A stretch of 64,000 nucleotides of DNA from Spirochaetota bacterium (GCA_963664815.2 CAXXHB010000003.1:3776001-3840000), one strand, 5' to 3'. Positions 31,395 to 42,670 are shown, counted from the stretch's first letter. Notes: generated from the letters alone by a model not told the origin. Made by a program: numbers and translations.

Positions 31395-32384
31395 ATAGAC
31401 CTCCTCCATTCTTATATATACAATCACATCAAATCTTTATATTGACCTCTGCAAATTAAAAGTATATAGCTAATATTACAATCAGATGCCGCTATTTTCA
31501 AAAAAAAATTGTAAAAGCATTAACTACATACCCGTAGTTTATTTAATGTATTCAGTATCCAAGATGAAATTAAACTGCACGACGAATGGGAATTATCTCT
31601 TTTTTGCAACATCAACTTCCTGCACCTTTGCAAAGGGTTTTGGCCCGGAATAGACAATAACAACTATACAGACGATGCACAGCATTTGTTATTACATCAA
31701 GAGATTCTTCTTTCATAATATTCTCAAGATCTACCGGATAAAGATATTTTTTTATAAATTCTGAATGTTGTATTATAAGAAAACTCCAGAAGTAACACTT
31801 AAAATCTTATTACAATACCTGCTGAAACGACTCTGGTCGTTAAATCATAAATTTGGAGCAATTTCGAAAATAGGTTTACCTTCAAGAAGCATATGTTTTG
31901 CATGTGTCCTCCGCGCATGGAAAAACCGATTTTAATGATATTTCTGCATTTAAATAGATTACATCTTTTACAAAATATATATTCAATCCGGATTTTTTTG
32001 ACTAACGCATTCAATTGTATTAATTTAAATCAGTTATTATTTCTGATTTCAAACATTCTCAGGATAAAAAGAGTTAACGGATTGTATTATGTATAAATCA
32101 GTTTTTTTAAAAATTAAAATCACTACACTGTTGATTCTTTACATTGCTCCCTTAAACATGATTATACTTATTTTTCCACTTGAGAATACAGATGATAAAA
32201 AACATTCATGGGTATCCGCAGGTATGACTTATACTGTAATATCTGATCTTGGAAAAATTGAAAACATAAATGAAAGATTTAAAAAAGATATGACAATAAT
32301 TGCAAAAAAATAAAACAATGTATATGCTGCTTGGGAACTCTGTCCCTGATGTGATTTTAGCAGTATTATCAGTAAATCCCAGGA

Positions 32385-34115
32385 ATGAAATCTATGAAAA
32401 AAACAATTAATCTTCTAATAGCCGATGACGATCGCTTTATCCGAAGATCACTGACCCGCATGCTGGGACGCATCGATCTTTTCAGAATTTATGAGGCTGA
32501 AGACCGTGACTCTGTTTTACGCACTATACACGATTTTAAAATCGACTGTGTACTGATGGACTTTTATATGTCAGATATCACAGGCCTTGAACTTATGCGT
32601 CTTTTTAAAGAAGAGAAAATCACCGCCCCGGTAATTATGCTGACCGGCCAGGGAGATGAACAGCTTGCTATAAATATCATGAAAGCTGGCGCCTCTGATT
32701 ATATACCAAAAACCCGGCTTTCGGAACAGGATTTTTCCATGACACTTATGACAATGATATCCAATGCCATAAGCCACCATGAAGAGAATGAGGAGAAAGA
32801 CAGGGCACAGATTGCACTTGAACTTTCGGAGGCCAGGTACAGAGGACTTATTGAAAATTCTCCGATTTTAATTGTACGTTTTTTTCCCGATGAATACATG
32901 ATATCGTTTATCAATGATTTTTTCTGTGTATATTTCGGAGTTGAAAGATTTACTATCCTCGGTGAAAATATACTGCAACTTATCCCCGAGAGTAACCATG
33001 ATTCATTTAAATATCATGTGCAGAAAATCACTGCGGAAAATACAGTCGCAAAATTTGAGCTTAAGACAATTTCTAATTCCACTGTGATGTGGCAGTTATG
33101 GACAGTACAGGGTATCTTCAATAACGACGGGGAAATAGCGGAATACCAGTGCATGGGTGAAGATATTTCCGACATGAAAAGAACAGAGAAGCAGCTTATG
33201 GAGCAAAAAAGATACCTCCAGTCAATCCTTGACTCGCAGGATAACATGATTATCGTGGCCGATAAGAATCTTATACATGAAGTTAATATAAGCTTTCTAC
33301 AATTCTTCGGTTTTTATTCCCATGATGATATGGTGAAAAATTATGATCGTGTCATTTCTATGACAGTTGAAATGGAAGGTTACATGAAGCCTGAGGAGGC
33401 CAGAAACATGTGGCTTGAGAATGTAAATAACGATATGGAAAACGAGCAATACCGTCTAATAGCACTTCAGCAGGAAGGTTCGGACAGTATCCGTTATTTT
33501 TCCGTTAAGTTCAGGCCGCTTTCAATAGATTCAGACATATTCGTTGTTGAATTTTCAGATGTTACAGCCCTTGAAGAACGTTCAAAGGAATTTGAGAACA
33601 GAGCCAATTATGATGCACTTACAAAAATACATAACCGCCGTAGATTTCTTGAGCTCCTTGACCGCGGCATAAAAACATCACAGCATCTGAACCAACATCT
33701 AAGTCTGATATTTTTTGATATAGACCACTTTAAAAACATCAATGACACGTACGGTCATAATACGGGTGATGAAGTGCTGAAAGGACTGGCTTCGCTTGTA
33801 TCCGCAACAATAAGGCGTACAGATGTCTTTGCTCGCTGGGGAGGGGAGGAATTCCTGATTCTTCTTGAATCCACCGATCTTGAAAACGCTGCCCGGACAG
33901 CAGAAAAAATCCGTAAGATTATTATGGAACATGAATTCCCTGACATAAAACACCTGACATGCAGCTTTGGTGTTACAACATATCAAACAGGAGAAAACAG
34001 CGAAACATTTATAAACAGAGCTGATTCAGCTTTATACCGCGCCAAGGAAAACGGCCGTAATCGTGTTATAGGAATAAAGAGAAAAAATAATGAAACATCT
34101 GAAAGGTGTAATTAA
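32385..34115 (+). CDS. Response-regulator diguanylate cyclase (REC-PAS-PAS-GGDEF)
   Basis: REC motifs DDD, D and K; PAS segments; DIDHFKNINDTYGH, ARWGGEEF and an RxxD I-site (RRTD). Confidence 0.92.
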   Translation: MKSMKKTINLLIADDDRFIRRSLTRMLGRIDLFRIYEAEDRDSVLRTIHDFKIDCVLMDFYMSDITGLELMRLFKEEKITAPVIMLTGQGDEQLAINIMKAGASDYIPKTRLSEQDFSMTLMTMISNAISHHEENEEKDRAQIALELSEARYRGLIENSPILIVRFFPDEYMISFINDFFCVYFGVERFTILGENILQLIPESNHDSFKYHVQKITAENTVAKFELKTISNSTVMWQLWTVQGIFNNDGEIAEYQCMGEDISDMKRTEKQLMEQKRYLQSILDSQDNMIIVADKNLIHEVNISFLQFFGFYSHDDMVKNYDRVISMTVEMEGYMKPEEARNMWLENVNNDMENEQYRLIALQQEGSDSIRYFSVKFRPLSIDSDIFVVEFSDVTALEERSKEFENRANYDALTKIHNRRRFLELLDRGIKTSQHLNQHLSLIFFDIDHFKNINDTYGHNTGDEVLKGLASLVSATIRRTDVFARWGGEEFLILLESTDLENAARTAEKIRKIIMEHEFPDIKHLTCSFGVTTYQTGENSETFINRADSALYRAKENGRNRVIGIKRKNNETSERCN

Positions 34116-34260
34116 AAATTCAAGTCCAGACGATTGTAAACTGTCCAGCAGTTATAATTAAAAGTACAAGTTCTGTAAATTTGTTGACATGGCATTTAAT
34201 TATAGTAACTATAAAGTAAAACTATTTTATAGTTACTATAATTAAACAGAGAACACTGAT

Positions 34261-34797
34261 TTGATGAAAAAAATATATATGTACCTATTGCCTATTTTTC
34301 TTTTTTTTATTATACTTCAGTTCTCCGCCTCCGGAGAAGAGCAGCATCTGACTTTTACAGTAATCATAATCCCGGGGTATGATGTGCCCGATTATCTGAA
34401 CAACAGCTCTTACATTAAAATAAGGAATCCTCTGAAAAATGAAGGGTATACTATTGATGATTATCATCCGGATATTAATAAAAATATAAGCTTCGATAAT
34501 TGTATCAGTCGGAATTGTGTTCAGGAGATTAAAAAAATTTTTCCTGATAAAATCGTTATAGTGATTTCTATCACTGCAGCTGAAGTTAAGATAGGTCACA
34601 AGCAGTTAAGCAGGTATCTGATGGAAGATATAACTGAAATAAGATATACAATTTATGTGCTAACCACCGATCCTTTAAAAGATAAATATGAACTCACATT
34701 TAAAAAAACATTCCTTGATTCAACAAAGCTTCTTAATGAAGCGGGACAGATCGGATTAAAAATCGGCGAGCATTATTCCGGCAAAAGGATGAATTAA
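34261..34797 (+). CDS. Secreted hypothetical protein
   Basis: Signal peptide; CISRNC motif. Confidence 0.6.
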   Translation: MMKKIYMYLLPIFLFFIILQFSASGEEQHLTFTVIIIPGYDVPDYLNNSSYIKIRNPLKNEGYTIDDYHPDINKNISFDNCISRNCVQEIKKIFPDKIVIVISITAAEVKIGHKQLSRYLMEDITEIRYTIYVLTTDPLKDKYELTFKKTFLDSTKLLNEAGQIGLKIGEHYSGKRMN

Positions 34798-34798
34798 A

Positions 34799-35371
34799 AT
34801 GAGTAAAAGACATATAATCATAAACAGGAATTTTCAGATTAATATTGCCGTTTCATTCACAATTATCACCGCCTTGACAATGTCTGTGATAATTGTAGTT
34901 ATATCTTCAATACTGATTTCCAACAATATAAAACTCGATAAAATTACAAAGGACCAGCAGACTCTTTCAGAAACCGAAGGGGAGATATTCAAATCACTGA
35001 TAGGTTTATCAAATTCAAAAAAAATCAATAACCTCCACCTATCAACCTCACTGCTCCTTGAGGATAACGAAAAGACCGCCATTCTTATAAGCCGGAATAT
35101 TGAAGAAATAAGAAATATTACAGACAGAAACAGAATACTGATTATGATTCTGATTATCTCAGCAATAATCCAGTCAGCCATAGTGTTTTATTATATGCTG
35201 AAAAGATCACACAGAATCTCAGGGCCGATATTTCTTCTTAACCGGTACATTGATGAACTGAAAGCTGGCAATAGTCCGGAAATAAGATCTATTCGTTCTA
35301 ATGATGATTTCCACGAACTTTTTGACAATTTCAGTGAGTTTGTTGAACAGATTAAAAAAACCGGGAAATAA
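34799..35371 (+). CDS. Two-TM membrane protein with HAMP-like C-terminus
   Basis: IINRNFQ N-terminus, 2 TM helices and SHRISGPIF...IRSNDDFHEL. Confidence 0.75.
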   Translation: MSKRHIIINRNFQINIAVSFTIITALTMSVIIVVISSILISNNIKLDKITKDQQTLSETEGEIFKSLIGLSNSKKINNLHLSTSLLLEDNEKTAILISRNIEEIRNITDRNRILIMILIISAIIQSAIVFYYMLKRSHRISGPIFLLNRYIDELKAGNSPEIRSIRSNDDFHELFDNFSEFVEQIKKTGK

Positions 35372-35608
35372 ATTTCATCAGTCAGTGAAAACCTGCATAA
35401 CAAGCAATCACAAAATCATCTGCTCCGGCTTCAGACGATCACCATCCTACGCCGCACTGCTCATTATGGGAATAACAATTTCTGTCGGTCTTGTATATAG
35501 GTGATATTATGGAATTAATAATAAAGATTTATAGTTTTTCAGATTATAATTTTAACTATTTATAGTTAAGTTTACTTATAAGTAAGCTTAAACTGCAGGA
35601 GTATAAAC

Positions 35609-35962
35609 ATGATACCAAGAATAATTATTGTCGCAATAGCAATAGCGGCAGTATTGCTTTTTCTTTTTTTTAAAAAAGGAAACATCACACCAGACGATGA
35701 AATTCAAAAACTGATAGCAGATGGTGCACTCATTGTAGATGTACGTACCCCGGAAGAATTTAAAACGTCGAACTACAATGGGGCAATAAACATACCACTT
35801 GCCGACATAGAAAAAAATCTCCATATGTTCGGTATAAAAAACAGAAAAATTATTGTCTACTGCCGTTCAGGAAACAGAAGCGGAAAAGCAAAGAAGATTC
35901 TTGAATCTCATGGTTTTATAAACGTTATTAATGGTGGAGGTCTAAATGATATGCCAAAATAA
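35609..35962 (+). CDS. Rhodanese-like sulfurtransferase (membrane-anchored)
   Basis: IVDVRTPEEF, GAINIP and VYCRSGNRS. Confidence 0.9.
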   Translation: MIPRIIIVAIAIAAVLLFLFFKKGNITPDDEIQKLIADGALIVDVRTPEEFKTSNYNGAINIPLADIEKNLHMFGIKNRKIIVYCRSGNRSGKAKKILESHGFINVINGGGLNDMPK

Positions 35963-36070
35963 TTTTGCCGATTTAATTCGAGTCTCTGTATACAAAATTT
36001 ATAACAATATAAGCTAAAGCTTGATTTTATCAGTTCAATACAATAAAAAGATATATTAAGGCATATAAAT

Positions 36071-36793
36071 TTGATGGAAATAGATTCAGCCATAAAAAAG
36101 CTCCTATCATCGCGCCAAACAATAGCCCTTACCGGAGCCGGGATATCAACTTCAAGCGGTATCCCTGATTTCCGTGGGCCTAACGGTCTCTGGAGAAAAT
36201 ATGATCCGTCTTTGTATGCACATATAAACACATTCAGACTTGATCCAGCGAAGGTATGGGAACTGGCACTTCAACTAACAGAAATATCCCGTAGTGCAAA
36301 AGCTAACTGTGCACACCAGGCACTGGCAGAGATGGAACACCGTGGTCTGCTTAACGGCATAATTACGCAGAATATTGATACATTGCATAGACGCGCAGGA
36401 AGCAGAAATGTAATTGCATACCATGGCACCATGGAAAAGGCAGTTTGTACTCGATGTTACACAACAGCAGACGTTCAGATCGACACTGTTCCTGTATGTA
36501 ATAACTGCGGCAGAATAATGAAACCGGAGTTTACTCTTTTTGGAGAACCGGTACCTGCAGCAGCTTATCTTGAAGCACGTAATCTTGCTTCATTCTCAGA
36601 TGTTTTTATTATTGCAGGAACTTCTGCCATGGTACAGCCTGCAGCCGATCTTCCTTATATAGCAAAAAAGAACGGAGCATATATTATAGAAATGAATTTA
36701 GAAATGACAGGACTCACAAACTTTATTACTGACTTTTTTATTCAGGGATCTCTTGAAGAGACCCTGCCGCATCTGGTATCCCTGCTGAAGTAA
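36071..36793 (+). CDS. cobB: NAD-dependent protein deacylase (sirtuin)
   Basis: GAGISTSSGIPDFRG, TQNIDTLH, HG, Zn-ribbon cysteines and GTS. Confidence 0.9.
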   Translation: MMEIDSAIKKLLSSRQTIALTGAGISTSSGIPDFRGPNGLWRKYDPSLYAHINTFRLDPAKVWELALQLTEISRSAKANCAHQALAEMEHRGLLNGIITQNIDTLHRRAGSRNVIAYHGTMEKAVCTRCYTTADVQIDTVPVCNNCGRIMKPEFTLFGEPVPAAAYLEARNLASFSDVFIIAGTSAMVQPAADLPYIAKKNGAYIIEMNLEMTGLTNFITDFFIQGSLEETLPHLVSLLK

Positions 36794-36899
36794 ACCCGGG
36801 AAATGACACAGTAACTGCATATAAAATAATCTCTGTATCCAATCTGCTGGAAGCTTAAAGTCAGGGATTTATTGAGTAATATCTCTTGCAAATAATTTT

Positions 36900-37829
36900 T
36901 TAATTACTCCTGTATACTTCTCCATTAATATCTGAGAATTTTTTTACCAGTCCTTTCTTCTGAAGATTTTTTAAAACCCGTAATACATCAAAAAGTCTAA
37001 TGCCAAGCTGCCCGGAAATTTCCTTCGCTGCTAAACCATCTTCTCTGATTGTATCGATGACATTTTTTTCAAGATTACTGTAAAATTCTGTTATATCACT
37101 ATTGCTTCGAGCTCTACCGACAAGCTTTACCGGAAGCGGATAAAAAAACATTTTCACCCTCTCCATGTTTAACTCATCCATCGGTTTAACCCATTCCTCG
37201 GCTCCAGGTCTATCGAGACTGTTAAGGTGAATTTCATCAGGATTTATTTTTATGCATGCATTTTTAAGCTTACTGAGTTCATCATCAGCATCATTTATGC
37301 CGGCTATTATAAATATCTCAACACACAGGAGACCTTTAAACTCTTTGCGAAGAGACACTATCGACTCTATAATTGCTTCCGGCTTTGTACCAGCTAACGG
37401 CCTCATTATTTTGTTGAACACATCTTCACTTACAGCGTCAAGCGATGGATAAATAATATCAGCCTTAAGTATTCTTCTTCTTATATCGTATCTATTAAGC
37501 AGGGAACTGTTTGTTATAACAGCAATTTGATATTGCGGGTAAACTGTCTTTATATAATTAATTATATCACCGAGCCTGCTGTTAAGAGTAGGCTCACCCG
37601 AACCAGAAAAAGTAACAACATCAATAGCGGGCCCTTTATCCAGCGTCTGATTTATTTCTGAAACTATTTCCTCAAAGGGGAAGTATTCTTTTACTTCATC
37701 TGTCAGATCAGTTGTACTTCCGCATTCACAGTAAATACAATTAAACGGACACGTTTTGTATGGTACGATGTCAATTCCAAGAGATATGCCAAGCCTTCGA
37801 GAATTAACAGGCCCGAAAACATATTTCAT
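36900..37829 (-). CDS. Radical SAM protein with C-terminal winged-helix-like tail
   Basis: YVFGPVNSRRLGISLGID, CPFNCIYC and SGSGEPTL. Confidence 0.88.
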   Translation of the reverse strand: MKYVFGPVNSRRLGISLGIDIVPYKTCPFNCIYCECGSTTDLTDEVKEYFPFEEIVSEINQTLDKGPAIDVVTFSGSGEPTLNSRLGDIINYIKTVYPQYQIAVITNSSLLNRYDIRRRILKADIIYPSLDAVSEDVFNKIMRPLAGTKPEAIIESIVSLRKEFKGLLCVEIFIIAGINDADDELSKLKNACIKINPDEIHLNSLDRPGAEEWVKPMDELNMERVKMFFYPLPVKLVGRARSNSDITEFYSNLEKNVIDTIREDGLAAKEISGQLGIRLFDVLRVLKNLQKKGLVKKFSDINGEVYRSN

Positions 37830-39484
37830 TTTTTCTTCCCGGGCTCCTTAATCTCAATTTCGAAATCCATTGATATAAGCCCTTCTCTCTTTTCACAGTT
37901 AATAAACATCTCACCTATACGATTAACACCTTTAGCAACATCCGGATTGCTTTGAGTTTTCATCTGCATAAGCATTTTCAGAAACGCATTCTTCTGCATA
38001 TTCTTGATATTCAGAAGGAAAAATGTTTTATCATTAATTATCTTACCATATCTTCCTGTATTGGCAGCAACAGTGACGGTATCACTTTTCAGGGCGCTCT
38101 TCATAAGTCCCGTACTGTTTCCGGCATATATTCCTCTATGATCGCAACATATAAAAAACCTCATTCCGGTTTCATCTATAAACCAGAAACCTTTACTGCC
38201 GCCAATTTTCTCTTCACCGAACTTTTTATCTTTACTATATTTGGATTTAATTCCTTTCTTTAACTTCAGCCAGAACTCCTCGGTTTTTTTAGAATCACTC
38301 ATGGGTATAAAAACAAGAATATCTCCTATCCCTCCTGCTGATGAATCAAGCGCCATTATATTCATTCCACCTGTGAAGTAAGGTATAAAGTCTTTCTCCA
38401 CATCTATGCCTGTTTCCGCCTTGTACTGTTGTTTTATTGCATTATACTGCGCACACCATGCAACTTCCCCTTTGCATAAATTATCCAGATATTTAAGATT
38501 CATTGACATGAAAAGTGTTGTATCCGCTGCAGGAACGTATAACGACTTATCATGAACCCCGGTCTTAAGGAACGCCATTATCATATCAACATAGGGATTG
38601 TCACTGACCAGTTTAACTGCAGCGTTCATCTGGAACTTATTTCCTTCAAATCCCAATCCAGCCGATATATAATCAATTGAATCCATCAGCGAACCTTTTT
38701 CCTGCTCTCTCATACCACCCTGAGCAAGAATAAAGTCTTCAACAGAGTAAAGGCCGGTCTCGCTGTTTCCACCGGCAGACTGAAGATTCATCTGCATAAT
38801 AAATCTCTTTGTAATGAAAGCATTCAGATCATACCTGTTTTTACTTTTTGCAAGATAGTCTCTATAATTATTATCAAGAATAAGGCTTCCGTTACGCGCT
38901 TCCTTTATATCAAGAACTCTTTTTATAATATCACTTGTAGAACCTATTACAAGATAACCGTTAATTGCTGCTATAAATAGATCATTTTTTAGCTGATACA
39001 CTGTTACATTTTTATATAAAGCAGTAACAGGGGTGATGACCATCGCCGGGTTGTCAGAATTTGCCTTTTTTACTATTTCAATAAACTTGAGAGGGAATTC
39101 CTGCTCATTGATCACCGGGATAAAAAGAAGCTTAACATCATCCTTGCTGTTTTTATCAAGCATATTATCTTTATCAAAATTTGCATAAGATACAGGTCTA
39201 GATGTATCTATCCCTGTATTTCTTAAAGATTTTTCATCAAAGTAATCTATTCCGGTTTTATCCCTGAACTTGTTTCTTTCGGTTATAAATTCTCCTCTCT
39301 GCTTTTCATCCATGAGATTAAAAACCATATAGTTGACAGTTTTTATCAACCTTGTAATCTCTCTGGATTTAACAAACAGATTAACATCAGAAGGTGTCAA
39401 TGATTCAATATCTCCTGCCATCTGCCCAAAAGTAACTGAACCTGCCAGGAAAAAAGCAATTACTGCAAAATATAATCTTTTCAT
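37826..39484 (-). CDS. Secreted hypothetical protein (DUF3352-like)
   Basis: Signal peptide; two internally repeated alpha/beta halves (TGID...D motif twice); 4-bp overlap with the radical SAM gene. Confidence 0.6.
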   Translation of the reverse strand: MKRLYFAVIAFFLAGSVTFGQMAGDIESLTPSDVNLFVKSREITRLIKTVNYMVFNLMDEKQRGEFITERNKFRDKTGIDYFDEKSLRNTGIDTSRPVSYANFDKDNMLDKNSKDDVKLLFIPVINEQEFPLKFIEIVKKANSDNPAMVITPVTALYKNVTVYQLKNDLFIAAINGYLVIGSTSDIIKRVLDIKEARNGSLILDNNYRDYLAKSKNRYDLNAFITKRFIMQMNLQSAGGNSETGLYSVEDFILAQGGMREQEKGSLMDSIDYISAGLGFEGNKFQMNAAVKLVSDNPYVDMIMAFLKTGVHDKSLYVPAADTTLFMSMNLKYLDNLCKGEVAWCAQYNAIKQQYKAETGIDVEKDFIPYFTGGMNIMALDSSAGGIGDILVFIPMSDSKKTEEFWLKLKKGIKSKYSKDKKFGEEKIGGSKGFWFIDETGMRFFICCDHRGIYAGNSTGLMKSALKSDTVTVAANTGRYGKIINDKTFFLLNIKNMQKNAFLKMLMQMKTQSNPDVAKGVNRIGEMFINCEKREGLISMDFEIEIKEPGKKK

Positions 39485-39980
39485 CTATATCCCTCGTTTT
39501 AATTTCTGTTTAATTCAACAATTGCAGTTAACGAATAAGCTGGAACATTGTCATTTAAAAAGCCTTAATATATCACAATTCCCACCTGTTCAATTCATTG
39601 ATTGAAAAAAATGAAAATAAACTTTCAAAATAAAAACAATTTCTGCACCGCATTTTATATTATGAAAAATATTTTACTGATTCATCGAAATTTTGAATTT
39701 TTTATAAACTACTAGTTAACTACCGTAATTTTATCACAAACCACTTTATACTATGTTTAATATAATTAAATTCACATTGATTTAAAGTAATTTTTCATCA
39801 AATATCAATAGCAAGTCAAATAAATAAAAAAAATAGTTGAATACAATATTACCCTGGAGCATTTTCGAATTAATAATTATGTTTGTTGTTTCTTAAATAT
39901 AAACAGTTTTATACATGCGTTATAAAGTATAGTATAAGTGATACACTTTTAAAAAACTGCAATAAATGCAGGGAGGACTA

Positions 39981-41162
39981 ATGAGTTCTATCGAAATAAA
40001 GAAAAGCTATGAAGAAATTAATGATAAAATAAAGAAAGGTATCGCAGTTGTTGTTACAGCGGAAGAGATGCCATCAATTGTCAAAAATGAAGGTGTAAAA
40101 AAAGCTTTTGAAAAAGTTGATGTAGTTACAACGGGAACTTTCGGAATAATGTGTTCATCAGGAGCCTTTCTGAATTTCGGCCACACAAAACCACGGATAA
40201 GAGCAACTAAAGTATTGCTTAACGATGTGGAAGCATATGGCGGAATTGCAGCAGTAGATTGCTATTTAGGGGCAACACAGGTTAAAGAAGATGATCCTCT
40301 TAACAGAATACATCCCGGTTCCTTCTCATACGGAGGTGGACATGTTATTGAAGATCTTATCGCCGGACGACATGTTAAGCTTAAAGCCTACAGTTATGGA
40401 ACAGATTGTTATCCATTGAAAGAGTTTGAAAAAACCATTACTATAAATGATTTACGAAACGCCTTCCTCTATAATCCAAGGAACTCATACCAGAATTATA
40501 ATACTGCAATAAACTGCTCAAAAAGAATTATATATACTTATATGGGTATTCTAAAACCCGATATGGGCAACATCACATATTCAAGCGCAGGGCAGCTTAG
40601 CCCTCTTTTAAATGACCCTTTTTACTGGACTATCGGTACAGGTACTAAAATTTTTCTCGGGGGGGCGATGGGGGCTGTAACATGGCAGGGAACCCAGCAT
40701 TCACCTGATGGAACACGTGATGAAAATGGCATGGTTACCGAGGGATCTGGAACAATCGCAGTAACCGGAGATATGAAAATGATGAACACTGAATTTATAA
40801 GGGGGGCGTCTATTACAGGATATGGCTGCTCTCTAATGGTTGGAATAGGTATTCCAATCCCAATACTGAATGAAGATCTGGCGTATTTCACAGGTTTGAC
40901 TGACATGGATATTAAAACCCCGATTATTGATTACGGCATAGATTATCCTAACGGAGAACCAAAGCCAATAAAACATGTAACCTTCGCAGAACTCAAATCA
41001 GGAAATGTAGAATTAAATGGTAAAACTATACCTTCATCACCACTATCCAGTTATCCCAAAGCTGTAAAAATTGCCAATACACTCAAACAATGGATTGAAC
41101 AAGGGTTTACCTTGGGAATACCGCAAATACAGGTTCCCACGGTCCCTTTTAAAAAGGAGTAA
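39981..41162 (+). CDS. Homocysteine biosynthesis protein (DUF39, MA1821/MJ0100-like aspartate-semialdehyde sulfurtransferase)
   Basis: INDKIKKG..VVVTAEEM, VDVVTTGTFGIMCSSG, YGGGHVIEDL, YGTDCYP and NPRNSYQNY; GGAGGA RBS. Confidence 0.9.
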   Translation: MSSIEIKKSYEEINDKIKKGIAVVVTAEEMPSIVKNEGVKKAFEKVDVVTTGTFGIMCSSGAFLNFGHTKPRIRATKVLLNDVEAYGGIAAVDCYLGATQVKEDDPLNRIHPGSFSYGGGHVIEDLIAGRHVKLKAYSYGTDCYPLKEFEKTITINDLRNAFLYNPRNSYQNYNTAINCSKRIIYTYMGILKPDMGNITYSSAGQLSPLLNDPFYWTIGTGTKIFLGGAMGAVTWQGTQHSPDGTRDENGMVTEGSGTIAVTGDMKMMNTEFIRGASITGYGCSLMVGIGIPIPILNEDLAYFTGLTDMDIKTPIIDYGIDYPNGEPKPIKHVTFAELKSGNVELNGKTIPSSPLSSYPKAVKIANTLKQWIEQGFTLGIPQIQVPTVPFKKE

Positions 41163-41888
41163 ATGAAGCATAACAGAAGATTTTACAGAAATTATGACAG
41201 CATAAATAGATTCACCTTCAATGTAAAACTGGACACATCTGATCTTTTTATCATGGCAAACAGTGACCTGCGTGATGAAGCGTTCAGGATTTTAAAAGCT
41301 GTAAGAGCTGAACTTGAAAATTACATTAAAATTCATGATGAGTTTATACACTCCCTTAATCCTTTTATCCCGTATGGAGATGAACCTGAAATTTGCATTT
41401 CCATGTGTATAGCTTCCTCATCAGCCGGAGTAGGCCCTATGGCGGCTGTCGCGGGGGCTATTGCTGAAAGAGTCGGGAAAGAGCTTCTGAATTACTCAGA
41501 AGAAGTTGTTGTTGAAAATGGTGGAGATATCTGGATGAAACTTGATAAACCCATTACAACAGGAATCTATGTTAACAATATATACTTCAATGACAATATT
41601 GGAATAAAGATATACCCTGAAAAAATGCCATGTTCTATATGTACTTCAACATCCAGGCTTGGTCATTCTATAAGCTTCGGGAAGGCGGACTCAGTTACAA
41701 TAATCGCTGAATCCGGCGCACTCGCCGATGCAACAGCAACCGCTGTCTGTAACATGGTGCAGACAGAAAATGACATCAATAATGCGCTTGATTTCGGTCT
41801 TTCTATAGATGGCATTCGTGGATGCCTTATAGTTTTCAGAGATAAGCTTGCAGTTCAGGGTGATATTGAACTTGCTCCATTGAAATAA
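41163..41888 (+). CDS. UPF0280 / ApbE-like protein (MA1715-like)
   Basis: GVGPMAAVAGAIAE, VENGGDI, GHSISFGKAD and ALADATATAVCN. Confidence 0.88.
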   Translation: MKHNRRFYRNYDSINRFTFNVKLDTSDLFIMANSDLRDEAFRILKAVRAELENYIKIHDEFIHSLNPFIPYGDEPEICISMCIASSSAGVGPMAAVAGAIAERVGKELLNYSEEVVVENGGDIWMKLDKPITTGIYVNNIYFNDNIGIKIYPEKMPCSICTSTSRLGHSISFGKADSVTIIAESGALADATATAVCNMVQTENDINNALDFGLSIDGIRGCLIVFRDKLAVQGDIELAPLK

Positions 41889-42247
41889 CATTTTTTATAT
41901 TAATGATAAATTTTCTTGCAATATAATTTTATAAAGCAAATATAGTAATTGGAAATGCCTGAATCAATATTACCAGATTTACAAAAAAATAATTGAATAA
42001 GGGAAACCTTGGGCTGAATCCAGACATGACATTGTGATTAAAAAACATTCTATTCTGAAAACCTGACAACATTATGTTAAATCCGGAATAATAAAAAAAT
42101 AATCTCGTTTCATATAATTTATTACAGGTTCTGATAAATGGAGTCAACAAAAAATCACCCGATGTAGCTCATAAAGAGTATCAAAGCGGGATCGCAGGGT
42201 TACAAAACTTTTTTATAGCTCAATCGGGAATAAGTTGAGAGGAAAAA

Positions 42248-42670
42248 ATGAAATCTATAAACGTACTTTTAATTTTTAGAAAAGAAATAATGTATAAACC
42301 CATAATATACAGAATCGCAAAAGATTTTGACGTTATATTCAATGTTCTCGAGGCAAAAATTTTTCCAAAACTCGAAGGGAGAATTATACTCGGACTGACA
42401 GGTAGCGATTCTCAAATCAATAATACACTCAACTACTTCCGAACTGAAGATGTGGAAGTTCAGATACTGGCTGATATGATCAGACGAGATGAAAAAAAAT
42501 GTGTACATTGCGGCGCATGCACCGCTGTATGCAGAGTCGATGCGCTTTATATAAACAGGAATACAATGGAAGTGCTATTTAATCCTGAAAAATGCGTTGC
42601 CTGCGGATTATGCAGGTTGGCGTGTCCAGTTAATGCCATGTCGGGAACTGCAATAGACCGTGAAATCTGA
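42248..42670 (+). CDS. NIL domain + 2x[4Fe-4S] ferredoxin (MA1822-like)
   Basis: KPIIY..AKDFDVIFNVLEAKI NIL domain; CVHCGACTAVC and CVACGLCRLAC. Confidence 0.9.
   Translation: MKSINVLLIFRKEIMYKPIIYRIAKDFDVIFNVLEAKIFPKLEGRIILGLTGSDSQINNTLNYFRTEDVEVQILADMIRRDEKKCVHCGACTAVCRVDALYINRNTMEVLFNPEKCVACGLCRLACPVNAMSGTAIDREI

Noticed and set aside
31500-32330. Short ORFs (31799-32014, 31893-32096, 32089-32313) in a long AT-rich spacer
   Set aside because: No RBS or recognisable motifs, and they overlap each other; possibly decayed sequence but not supportable.
36071-36793. Sir2 protein as an anti-phage (Thoeris/DSR) effector
   Set aside because: Stand-alone 240-aa canonical CobB with Zn ribbon and no defence partner genes nearby.
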